Shown here: positions 1-11,390 of the stretch, piece after piece
Layout of the letters: each line of letters starts with the position of its first letter
How positions within the stretch are numbered: position 1 is the first letter of the stretch
From: Lama glama
Lineage: Eukaryota
Assembly (NCBI GenBank): GCA_028534125.1
Contig: CM052817.1
Coordinates: 69,008,001-69,072,000, forward strand
Length of the DNA stretch: 64,000 nucleotides
Reading direction: 5' to 3'
Program-made: the position numbers and the translations under genes
Notes under the pieces: model-generated
The model's input: the letters and a program-made list of their open reading frames with translations, nothing else
Databases searched by the model: none
What the model was told of the DNA's origin: nothing

Positions 1-244
1 ATGTTGTTATTTTTCATTTTCTCACTGATGCAAGAGTTATCTAAGAATCTTTTAAAATTTCCTAGTGATTATTTATTTTAAAATTTAATTTCTTATTCAT
101 TTTAAAATTTAATTCATTTGTAATCACAAATGAGACCTGCACAACTTCCATTATTAGGAATTATTGATATGTGGCTTGATATAAAATAGGTATGTAAATA
201 AGTATCATATATATATGTATATATGTGTGTGTATATATATATGT

Positions 245-1390
245 AACCTGAAAATGATTGAAGACCTAACCATGAGGTAAACTATAAACCTCTTGGAGGA
301 AACCATAGGGCAAAAGCTTCATGGAACTGGATTTGACAATGATTTCTTAGATATGACACCAAAAACACAGTTATAACAAAAGAAAAAAATAGATAAGTTG
401 GACTTCATTGAAACTAAAAACTTCTGTTCATTAAAGGACACAATTAACATATTTAAAAGGCCACCCACAGAATGGGAAAAAATATTTACTAGTCATATAT
501 CTGATAAGGGATTCATATCTGGAATATATAAAGAAGTATAATTCAACAACAATAAGAACAACTGAATTTAAAAATGGGCAAAGAATTTGGACAGAAAATT
601 CACAAAAAGGTATAAAAAGGCCAACATGAATATGAGTATAAATTGCCAGTTCATGGGGAATATCAAAGTCACAAATGTGAGATCCTACTTCCTACCTATT
701 AGAATGGCTGTTATGAAAAAATCAAGAGATAAATGTTGGTGAGAATATGGAGAAATTGGAATACTTGTGCTTTGCTGGTGGGAATGTAAAATGGTACAGC
801 AACTTTGAAAAAGTGTTAAAGTTATTCAAAACCTTTAACATAGAATTGACATATTACCCTGAAATTCTGCTTCTGGGTACATACCCTAAAGAAGTGAAAG
901 CACGGGGAGTCAGACAGGTATTTGTACACACATGTGCATAGCAGCATTAATCACAATAGTCAATAGGTGGAAGCAACCCAAGCATTTGTCAGTAGATGAA
1001 TGGATAAATATATGTGCAATGAAATAATAATTAGCCTTAAAAAGAAAGGAAGTTCTCACACATGTTGCAGCATATATGAACCTTGAGGACATTATGCTAA
1101 ATGAAATAAACCAGTCATAAAGAGACAAATGCTATATGATTCCTTTTATATAAAGTTTCTAGAGTAATCCAATTCATAGAGATAGAAAATAGAATGTTTG
1201 TTTCCAGAGGCTGGAGGGAGGAAAAAATTGGGAGTTAGTGTTTAATGGGTATGGAATTTCAGTTGGGGATGATGAAAAACCTCTGGAGACAAATGGTGGT
1301 GATGGTTGCACAAAATGTGAATGTACAGAACTGTAGACATAAAAATGGTTAAAATGATAAATTTTATGTTATACATTTTAGATAACAACA
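245..1390 (+). mobile_element. LINE-1 3' fragment (ORF2 end + 3' UTR), old L1MB-like
   Basis: Decayed ORF2 C-terminus (ORF 747-941) followed by typical L1M 3' UTR (ccttgaggacattatgctaaatgaaataaaccagtca ... ggtggtgatggttgcaca ... aaattttatgttata). Confidence 0.9.
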
Positions 1391-2489
1391 ATACGTTTAT
1401 TCAAAAATACTGTTGATGCTAAAAGCAAAAAATAAAAATAATGGTTTTCATGTTATATAAAAGAGTAAACAAAGACAACAGCAAAGAGGAATTAAAGACA
1501 AACTGTAACAAGTTAACAGAGTGTGACGGAGAAATGATATGGTATATCTGGATGATATAATTAATAGGAAATTTAAAATTTTAGTCTACCCTGTAGCCTA
1601 CAGTGTATACACACAAGAAACATATATCCTTTTTCAAAGGATGAAATTTTTTTGTGCAGTTCAGGGCATTTTCTAAAATATTCCTGAATTTCTTACAGGG
1701 AAATAGTGAAATACTTCAGCATTCACCAAAATTAACTAAGTAAAACTCATCTTTATTTTTAAAAATTTAAGGCAGATTCAGTGATCTTCCAAAGAAGAAC
1801 CAAAATCACCTGCCCAATGAGTCATGGTTGTGTGATGTTTTCATTATGTAATGGTGAATAATCCACAATGATGTAACACTAAAGAGGAACTAAGGACCCA
1901 CATGCTCAGAATGCGTGGTCATCTCTCAGAACTGACAGATGCTACATCTAAACAGTTGTCTTTCTGATTGCTGAGATTCATCTAAGACAAGAATCAAGAA
2001 ATTAAAAAGTGATATTTCTTAAAAAATTCATTCATGTTATTTATTCTTATTTACCTCAGCTCTATAAATAGGCCATATTTTTAGAAAATGTTCATATAAG
2101 CCTATAGACACTTGTTCCTTGTTTTCAGACTGCAGTACTCCTAAAGTTGCCTTGGAAATCTGATTGTTCATATTAAATGCATTTTAGTTCTCTGGTTCAG
2201 GAATAGAGCCAAATTCTTATAGGTGGTAGATTCATTTAGAGTACATCATGTTAACGTGTTTAATTAGTGTTGATTAAGCTCTTTGGATTCTCAAGCTTCT
2301 GGTTAATTTTCTTTGTTACTTATTCTGAAAAAAAAAGATTAAATGGGTTAGAATGGTAGAATGCAAACAATAACAAAACAATTTGGTTTCTCTCTACTTC
2401 TTCTACCCTGTTTCATTTTTTTTGACAACACTTTTTGCCTGACATTTTGCTATATATACATATACTTTTTAACTTTGTTTTGTTATCTT

Positions 2490-2612
2490 TCTCCCCCATG
2501 AAAATAAGCTTCATTGGACAGGTCTGTCTTTTACACCACTCTTATACTCAATGTCTAGAACAATGTCTAGCATACTGAAGGTACTCAAAAAATACACAGT
2601 GAACGAAATAAA
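2490..2612 (+). mobile_element. L2 3' end relic
   Basis: tctagaacaatgtctagcatactgaaggtactcaaaaaatacacagtgaacgaa resembles the L2 3' terminus. Confidence 0.6.
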
Positions 2613-2697
2613 GAGATGAACTGGTTAGCTAATACTCTTTACCTGATTGATAAAGTCAGAAGGTATAGTGAATCTTTATTTTCAAAGTGGAAGAGAT

Positions 2698-3732
2698 GCT
2701 AAAAATAGACAAATGGAGCTACATCAAACTAGAAAACTTATGTACAGCAAAGGAAATAGTCAACAGAGCTTAAAAGGCAACATATAGAATGGCAGAAAAT
2801 ATTTGCAAATCATGTATCTGTTAAGGGGTTAATTTCCAAAATAAATAAGGAATTACTACAACTCAATAGCAGAAATACCAATAACCTAATTTAAAGATGG
2901 ACTAAGTACTTGAATAGACATTTCTCCAAAGATGATATTCAAGTGGCCAAAAGGTGTATGAAAACATGATCAGTGTCACAAATCATCAGGGAACTGAAAA
3001 TCAAAACCACAGTGAGATATCACCTCACCGTAGTTAGGATGGCCATTATCCAACAAACAAAAGGTGAATATTGGCAGTGTTGTGGAGAAATCAAGACCCT
3101 TGTACACTATTGGGAGTGCAAAATGGTGTAGCTGCTGTGGAAAACAGTATGGAGATTCCTCAAAAAATTAAAAATAAAACTACCATATGATCCAGCAGTT
3201 GCACTTCTAGTTATTCCAAAGAATTGTAATTAGGATCTCCAAAAGGTATTAGCACTCCTATGTTCATTGCAGCACTATTCACAATAGCCAGAATATGGAA
3301 GCAACCTAAATGTCCATCAACAGTTGAATAGGTTAAAAAATGTGGTATATGTACAATGGAATATTATTCAGCCTTGTAAAAGAAGGAAATCTCACAATAA
3401 ATGACAACATGGCTAAACCTTGAGGACATTACCCTAAGAGAAATAAACCAGTCACAGAAGGACAAATACTGCATGATTCCATGTATATGTGGTATCTAGA
3501 AGATTCAAATTCAGGAAAGTAAAGAGTAGAATTGTGGTTGCTGGGGGTGCGGGGTGGGGAACAGGAAAGGGGAGCTGCTAACAATAAGTATAAAATTTCC
3601 ACGTACAAGATGAATAAATTCCAGAGATTATCTATACCATATTATATGTACAGATACCAATATGATATTGTACACATAAAAATCTGTTGAGAGTAGATCT
3701 CATAGTAAGTGTTCTTACCATAATAAAATAAA
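2698..3732 (+). mobile_element. LINE-1 3' fragment, L1MA-like
   Basis: Starts aaaaatagacaaatggagctacatcaaacta (ORF2 'IDKW.YIKL'), runs through the 3' UTR, ends gttcttaccataataaaataaa. Confidence 0.92.
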
Positions 3733-5429
3733 GGGGATGAGAGGAAGTGGCACACAGGATACAACTCTAAGGAGAGTCTTTGGGTTTTAAGGAGAGAGAG
3801 CTTTGCATGGCAGCATATGTTTAAATCTACAATTTAGCAGCAAAATGATCATAGGAAATTGCAGTGATGATATAGGTTGAATTTATTAGCTGAATTTCAG
3901 CCTATGCTCCTGGGTCTTAGTCAATTTTACTGCTGTACAATTGACCCCCAGCTGATTGACTCAAATAAACAGAAAGATTCTATTCTATTTCTGCTGCTTA
4001 ATGTGATTGGGCTCCCATGAGCTTCAGAAAAAAATGAGAAGGAGAAAAACAATTAATTCTTCTCTGGAAAAGGTAACAGATGTTTCTTATGCTATCAGAT
4101 GATTGAAGAAGCAAAGTACATCTGGTCATTAAAACCTGTAAAATAGCTGTATGATTTATTTAGAGGAGAGTGGATACTTCGGTGATTTTGGAAGGGATGG
4201 GTACTTATGTTTAACTTTACTAACATTTCAGTAGTGAAGATAAACCAAAATTAAACTAGCAGGTGTTAGTAGGTGCATTTCTGGAAGTGAAGTTTTTTTG
4301 GGTCAGGATGGGTGGTGGAGGAGGGCTTTACTCCAGTGAAATAAGCTGCCTTATGTTTCAAGATTTTAAACATCTTAAATCTATATAGTTTTTTCTATTA
4401 CTACCTATAAATGTATGGTGGAGAGACTTAACTTGAAGTAGTAAGAACATAGAGATCTTATAACTAAAAATAACATTTCAACAACAATAATAAGCATATT
4501 ACCATGCTCATTATCCAGGTTGCCTCCTCTCCATTTCAATCATGAATTGAGCCAGATATCTGAGTTTAAAGTATTAGGTATTTGAATTCCTTATTAGGGT
4601 AAAAAGCTTGTTTTCAGAATTAGCTCTTTTTTTGCAAATTGTGCATCATTATCACTTTTATATAATAATTTATAATTTTATATCCCTTAAAATTCATGCT
4701 TTTCTTCCTTTTGCTTAAACAGTTTTATCTTTAGAAACAAGAAATGGGTTCATCTCATGAAATATTCTTTTGGAAAGTATGTCTATTATGTAAATCTGCT
4801 CTATTTTCAAAGACTTATAAACAAAGGGAAGACTGAACATCTATTTAGGAAAGAAAAGATTCCAGAGTTTTTAGTTAGTGTCTTTTTCTAAGTTATTAGA
4901 GTATCAGAACCCTCCAATTTAAGAGAATTCTCATTTGTGTTTATTTACTTTTCTTTATTGGCTCCAACAATAAATGTAGGTGTTAGTTGAACTCACCTAT
5001 GTTCTTTAATAATTTCCTTCCTATGAAATATACTTCCTGAGTGTGATGATATTTTGTGTGAGGCAATTTCCCTTGTTTCCTAATTTGAGGATTGTTCTCC
5101 CTAGTTTGAAATCCTCTCCCACTTGAGCAGTTTATCTCAGTGCACTTTTATTAACCACCTCCATTATTAAGTGGAAGTGATGATAATAGTGGGACCTGCT
5201 TCAAGATACAGGCAATGAGGAAAACTGAACACTTGGATTGTTTTCTTCCCTTTCATTGGCCAGCTATCAGAGTCTACCATTGAGCTTGATTTAGGCTCAG
5301 GTTATAATGACGAACTTTAAACTAGAACAGGCTGAAAGATGAAGAAATGCTGTACTTGTTCAAACTCAAGAGCCTCATGGCTTTATGAAGTCAATCTCAT
5401 TCAGTACAAAATTGGATCCAAAATGGGTA

Positions 5430-5650
5430 TTTTTCTCCCAGAAGCCGCAGTCTGGGTGAGGAGACAGATACAAACAATGAGTACAGTAAAGATGGCAAGG
5501 AGTGCTGTAATGGGGGAAATTAAATTCTTGAAGGAGTAGAGGAAGGAAGACAAACTGTGATGAATTGCATTTGTGAAGGTCTTATTGAGAAAAGGGGCAT
5601 TTGAATTGTGACTTGAAATGTACCTAGGACTTTCAGGCAGATGTAGGTGT
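5430..5650 (-). mobile_element. L2 relic
   Basis: cagtctgggtgaggagacagatac ... gcatttgaattgtgacttgaaatg resembles antisense L2. Confidence 0.45.
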
Positions 5651-7092
5651 TAGGATGCCTTTAAAGTTATTCAGGGGGTATTCCAGTGTCCAGAATCTCA
5701 GCTGCTCCAGAGTTGGGTAACTAAATTTTATCTAGTTAATGGATAACCTGTCATAATCTTCTGAACCTTTCACCTTTAGATGGTCTGTGGTCTAGATCCT
5801 GGGTCTTTGCTGACTCACCTGATCACGTTTAACACACGCAGAAACCTAAGTCCAAGAGGTCTAGTAACACTTTGATTCTTTGTTGTGTGCCAAAATTAAC
5901 AGTGACATGAACTCACAGGGGAAAACCAGAGAAGAAATTATAGGGAAAAACAAAAGTTATTCCAGATAAGTTGTTTTACCCCTGGCTCTCCACCATCCTA
6001 TTCTGAGGTTGAATATGATATGAGTGGGTAAATTTATTAGGTTTTGCTGGAAGGTGGAAGAATTAGAAGGAAACTTGAGAAAATTTATAATTATTGGAGC
6101 TGTTAAACTTTCTCTTTTCAATAAGGATTTGAATGGATCATTACTTTACTTCCATGGCTGTATCAGGTTAATAAGATCTAAGGTTTTGCCTTTGACTGCA
6201 GTCTAACATCTGCCTAGTTTCCTTTTCTGCACTCAGCCACCAGGAGCTTGCTGGAGAAAAGTTACTAAACTCAAAATCATCCCATTGTGTTTATGACAAA
6301 CTATTGTTCTTAGGCCAGTTGGTGAGTATTTACTTCACCTTCCTTTAAGAATATCCTATTTCTGTAAGGGTTACCAGCTTCCAAGCAAAACCTTCAGCTG
6401 TTTTACCTTACTGATCTATTTGACATGCTTACAAATGTCTGGAATTTTATCACACCCAATTCAGGCTGATCTCTGGAATCTCCCACCTCCCACCTCCATA
6501 TTTAAAACTATTTACTTGGCTCACTCAGGGACACACAGAAAATTAGATAGTTCTTCTGCTTTTAATCCACTGGGGAACACTACATGTAGTCACTCACCCA
6601 CTTGCAGAAAGCTGGAAAATTATTACCATGTGAGTAGAAAGAAGTAATAATAACATTTACTTGTTATGGCATGGGTGACTAATTTAAATGCTTTCAGGGA
6701 CCGGGCAAAACAAAACAGAACAAAACACCGAAGCTGGCAAGTGAAATTCAAAAGGTGGTGGTAGTTGAACATGTGATGAACTTCTGCCATCTTATCCATC
6801 ATAATGCATTAAAAAAAATCGTATTGAGTGGACCCCCAAAATATGTCTGTGGGCCAAATGTGCTTCAAAAGCTGAGGTATTTAATGTTTCTGAGGACAAA
6901 AATAATATGAGATCCTTGGGTGAATGAGTGAGTGTTAAATGAGACTTAAAAGAGTGTCTAGCGAATAGGAAGTACTCTGTAATGTCACCTATTATATGAG
7001 TCCTTCCTTTGCTCATTGGAATGCAGTGTTTGCATACATTATGTTTTCATATGAACTAGAATATTTCTTTGATATCTGTCAGTTCTTGAATA

Positions 7093-7335
7093 GCTATTCA
7101 TTCATTTGACAGTATTTCTGAGTAGCTGCTACATGCCAGTCGTTGTACAAGTGTTGAAAGTTCATAGGTAAACAAGATAAAGTTCTTTTCCTTAGTGGTG
7201 CTTAGTCTAATGGTAACAATAGACACTTAATATAGTTATAATAAAGTGTAATGAATACTATAATATGAAAGCTACCAGTTGCTACAGGAACAAATTTTGG
7301 GGTACTAACCAAGGTGACAGGGAAAGCTTTGTGGA
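7093..7335 (-). mobile_element. L2 3' end relic
   Basis: attcattcatttgacagtatttctgagtagctgctacatgccag is the reverse complement of the L2 3' terminus. Confidence 0.65.
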
Positions 7336-7899
7336 AGCATTCCGTATCCTTGCTGAAATAATCATTCTAGTTGGATTTTTGTCCCTAATTGTTATACCTA
7401 TGCAAGTGTTAGGTTATGTGGACTTAAAAAATACCTCATACACTGTAGTAACACAACATGGGATGTTCTGACTTAATTAGCTATTTCTGTACCTAAAAGC
7501 ATTGGTTTTATAGTGCTAAGAAATAGCATAGCAAAGACTCAGTTCCATGACTGGGGACCTGGATGTTTTATATGTATATAAATATGTATTTTTATGTAAA
7601 TATATATAACTATATACATATATGTAGTTAGTGACTAGTTAGTGACTAGCTTTTTTTCTTACAGTGATGGATTGGGAAACCAAAGATGTAGAAGTGGAGG
7701 TGGATCATTAAACCTTTTGACAGATTCATAAAAAATTTGTACCCATTTCTGAGACTTTTGATATAACAGTTTAGACATTTTAGAATCAGAGGATTACATT
7801 CACATTTATTTTCCTATATTATTAATAAACATTAGATGTATTCTGTTTCATGTTTTTAAATCTCATGTAAAAGGGATACTACCTTAAGTATCCTTAGAA

Positions 7900-8395
7900 T
7901 TCTTTGGTTCTGTACTACACTTTTAGTACTTCATCTGTATGGGTAGAAGTAGCTCTGCGTCATTTATTTCAACTATTATTTATTATTCCATTATGTGAAT
8001 ATACCATAATTTGTCTTTACCATTTTGATGGACATTTAGGTCACTTCTAATCTTTTTTTTTTTTTTATTATGCAGACAATATTATAATGAACATTCTTGT
8101 ATATGTATTTTGGAATAAATAATTCTCTATATACCCAGAAGTAGAATTTCTAGGTTTTAGGGAGAAATCTCTCTTTAGCTTTCATAGATAGTATTAATAG
8201 TTCTTTAATATGATTGTATAAATTTACGACACAAAACAGTATACAGACCTTAGTATTGTCAGATTTTTCTGGTATGTACCAAACTATCTCAGCTTTGCTT
8301 TACCTTGCACTTTCCTAATTACAAGTGAGATTGATTATCTGGGTATATATTTATTGGGCATTCGGAGTTTCTCTTTTGTGAATTGTCTCTTAAAA
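7900..8395 (-). mobile_element. old LINE-1 3' fragment (L1MC/ME-like)
   Basis: tattccattatgtgaatataccataatttg ... gatggacatttagg ... ttgcactttcctaattacaagtgag; stops abruptly at the start of the bornavirus-like segment. Confidence 0.8.
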
Positions 8396-8442
8396 TTATT
8401 AAAACCTAAGTTCTTGGGTCGCCAATATTCACAAATTTTCCC

Positions 8443-9732
8443 ATGGTTAAAAAGGATCAGTGCCAACTTAGCACTTTTGTTTTTATTTTTACCTTCCTCT
8501 TCGTGGTAGTTAATATCAGCCCTGTGTTCCAAGATTGATTTTTTTTCCCTTTCTCTTTTTCAAATTAAAATTTTTATTGTATTTTGTTGTCACATAAATC
8601 AGGTAAACCCTTAATATTTTTGCATACATAATTCATTCTCAGGGACATCATGATTGATTAACTATCACCAGAGATTTATGCAAACCAAACTGTTCGATTT
8701 ACTAATAGCTCTTATCGTCATCTCAGATCCTCTCCTAGCGTCATGCCTTAGGCTCTACCTTTACAGGGTTTTTCCCATTCTTACTGCGATGGTGGAGGCT
8801 TTTCTAACTGTAGTGTCTTTCATGATGATGCCGAGCTTGGGGAGAATAGTCAATGTGACTTTTACAGATACTGATACTTCCTATACCAATATAAATAGCA
8901 ACATTTTAGTAAAGGAAGTTTCTTTTTAACTCGAAGGACGAAGTTAGGGATAAAACAAGGAGTGTTGTATATTGATTTGTTATGATTTCCAATCTACTTG
9001 TTTATGACTTAAGTGAAAATTTTTTGATCTACTTGTTCGTAGCTTAGGTGAAGTTGTTTTTATCTAAGGGCCAAATTGTCTATGTTGGGGAGGCTGTGTC
9101 AGGATGATGTCAGTAGAACTGCTGTGCTTCTGAGTCCTTATCAATATGAATATATGGAGGATCAACCGTGATGTAATGGATATTTAAGCTTTAAATACCA
9201 AGAATTTGTGAGGACGTAACAAGAGTGTTTGGTCTAAGCAGGGCTACTCTTTGCTGATCTGAATAGCTCTCCAAAGATCTTGAGACGCTTGCTCTTGGAT
9301 GGCCAGGCTGCTCTTGGTTGGCAGTGGTGTTAAACCATGCTGCAGTCTCAGGAAGACAAGGGACATCTGTCCCTGCCTTGGCACGGCTGTTCCTCTTGGT
9401 AGTAGCAAAGCTGTGTAACAGTCCCTGGAGTAATGACCCTCAGAGCAGATCACCTTGCCTGCCAACACTGGCACCTTCATTCCGCTCTTGATTTGCACTG
9501 GCAGCTGGATATCAGCTCTTAGTTGGCTAAGCTGACTTTTTCCGAGAACCAACTCGTAGAAAGGTTCACCTCAACTAAATTTGGACTTTATTTCTTTTAC
9601 TTTCCCTCGGCCTGGAACAATAGCATAATTAATCTGTCACTAGTTTGGAGTATGTTATTTCTTTATTGGCTTATAAAGAGACATTATTCTGTGTGCTTTT
9701 GGCTTGTGAAGTATTATTATTACAACTTATAA
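8443..9732 (+). pseudogene. EBLG: decayed bornavirus-like glycoprotein
   Basis: Mostly frame +1, with stops and frameshifts. ATG 8443 opens a signal-peptide-like MVKKDQCQLSTFVFIFTFLFVVVNIS. Matches to BoDV-1 G: SPEIYANQT~SCEVSYLNHT; SCLRLYLYR/GFSHSY~SCLKYHCKTYWGFFGSY; QCDFY~ECNWF; YLRAKL~FLRSWL; LRRLL/WMARLLLVGSGVKP~[21 protein letters not shown] (VGSGVKP at 9317-9337); FGLYFFYFPSAWNNSIINLSLVWSMLFLYWLIKRH~[34 protein letters not shown] (TM). Stop at 9732. Confidence 0.72.
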
Positions 9733-9789
9733 TTCCCACAGTGAACCTGTGTTAAAGAAGTTACTGGCAAAGACAATCTCAGTTTCTGC

Positions 9790-10220
9790 GTATAATTTGC
9801 CAAAGACAAAACAAGGACATATTCATGAATGGTAGCAGCAAAACTTCATTTTTCAAAGCCTTTGAATTCTGTCTATATTATGCCCAAGGACTTCTGGCAT
9901 ATCAAATCCCTTTAGAGTGTCAATGTTGGGTTTAGGTTCATTAAACACACTAATAAAGTTCAAGAACATACTAGGTGTTTCAGATGGCACGTTGTAAATA
10001 TATTTTCTGGTAAGTATATTGATATTGACAAATTCAGACCAATCTAGATTTAACTTTGCCTCCCTTCCTTGGTCATGTACTCTGAAGTCACAATAACAGA
10101 TTTTTTTAGGGTGTAAATCAGTGAACTTTTGCTTTTTTTTTTTGGTTTGTTAGTGTTTTCTACGTATGTTTAATCTTACATATGTTACCCTGGGGCATTC
10201 TGGAGTCTGGTTCTAGTTAC
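9790..10220 (+). pseudogene. EBLM: decayed bornavirus-like matrix protein
   Basis: In order across frames: YQIPL (~9900)~LNIPF; TL*IYFLVSILILT (IYF 9998-10006)~LVNIYFQIDDFLLLT; QIFL~YMFL; LVFS (10150-10161)~NVFS. Span fits a ~140 aa M. Individual matches are weak; support comes from position and order. Confidence 0.5.
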
Positions 10221-10359
10221 TGTTCTAATAACAATGGACTAAACCATGAGAGGAATTGTTAACTACCTTTCATAAGGGGGCTTCTTCAGACAAGAAAGTA
10301 ACAGCTTTTTTTTTTAAGCCAGGAAGGAAGGGCAACTTCCAGAGAATGAAAAAAGACTG

Positions 10360-10920
10360 CTTTAGGTGATGGCAGTCAATGAAGGGTCCTTCATAGGAGA
10401 GAACGGACGGATCAGTCATTCCTTCCCTTCGTGTATTTCCCTTTTAAGTGGCCAGAGTCCTGTCTTTGTGATCATTGTCTTATGGCCACAAACAAAAAGC
10501 AAACAAAGAATCAAGTTGTGCATTACTAAACTACAGAATCAGTTAAATTCTGTCTCTTTTCGTGGTCATCACTTTATTCTTTAAGGTAGTCATTTGGAGT
10601 TTTAAGCCTGGCTTCTTTTGCAATGTCATGGAAATCAACCACGGTACCATCAGCTGCTTGAATTCCTCATGCTCTTCAGTTTGTTTTGTGGTGCCAGTGA
10701 GACATTGTTTTAGGTGATAGTAAGTGAATACTTTGAATTGGCTAATTTCTCATAGGCCTTCAAAATTTCTATCCTGGGATACAATATATGTGTATGTTGT
10801 ATAGCTGTATTTATACATGTGTATATAATATATGTATATGGGTATACATGACATTATTTCTCATCTACCCCATCTTAACAGCAGTTTCAAATACCCTACA
10901 ATTCATTTAGTCTCTTTTAT
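10360..10920 (+). pseudogene. EBLL: N-terminal fragment of bornavirus-like L polymerase
   Basis: RERTDQS (RTDQS 10404-10418)~INRTDQS; SLSYGHKQKA~SSSLPHHVRA; GASETLF*VIVSEY (10690-10731)~RAAEAILTVIVSAW; possibly LNSSFKY (~10874)~LYSSVRY after a TA/TG-rich tract. Confidence 0.68.
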
Positions 10921-10959
10921 CATTTCTGTCTCTTGTATAAATGTTTGTGTTAATTGAAA

Positions 10960-11390
10960 TCTTTTCTTTGTAAACAAATGAAACTGATTTTGGCTGACCT
11001 AAGCAATAAGTGAATTTGTTGAAAACATAAGGGAATTTACAGAATGAAAACTTTGAGAATTTATAGAATTGTTGGAAGGCAAGAGAGCAGGGTTGGAAAA
11101 TGGATTGAAACCAAGAATTCTTGGGAGCCAAGAAGCATAAACTCCAGGAAAGGATCTGGAGTAGCACTGACAGGGCCCTGCCACTGAGTTGAATAAGGTA
11201 CAGATTTTTCTTCTGTCCTTGCATAATGATTTGAATATTTAAATCCCAGAAGACAGTACCCAACTGTACAAGTTTAGATCATTTACTGGGGAGGAAGGGA
11301 AGAAATTGTGGTTCTGCTTCAAAGGGAAATTGGCTGCTGGATGACCCAAACTGACAAGTATCTCCTTCATGTGGGAAAACTGTGAGCCAG
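10960..11390. mobile_element. MaLR LTR (old MLT1-type)
   Basis: ttgtaaacaaatgaaactgattttggctgacctaagcaataagtgaatttgttgaaa is a typical MLT1 terminal motif. Confidence 0.6.

Larger units (their letters stand above)
8400..10920 (+). other. candidate endogenous bornavirus-like element (EBL) carrying G, M and 5' L remnants in G-M-L order
   Basis: About a dozen collinear motif matches on one strand to three recalled BoDV-1 proteins (see sub-features); no similarity to a repeat I recognise; CpG retained above the flanks. Boundaries approximate. Confidence 0.75.

Noticed and set aside
8815..8880. C/D box-like pair (atgatga ... ctga)
   Set aside because: No convincing terminal stem, no recognisable snoRNA, and it lies in the viral G remnant.
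9150..9175. DPPY motif (adenine methyltransferase-like) on the minus strand
   Set aside because: Isolated tetrapeptide in a stop-rich frame with no other MTase motifs.
9190..9600. Minus-strand ORF 9244-9552 and neighbouring frames with weak likeness to bornavirus N, PAGE/GAGE proteins or a UIM
   Set aside because: Low-scoring and gap-dependent; the + strand G/M/L reading explains the region more coherently.
9742..10009. Apparent exon (cacag | ... | gtaagt)
   Set aside because: Stops in all three frames and within the EBL; no support for a coding exon.
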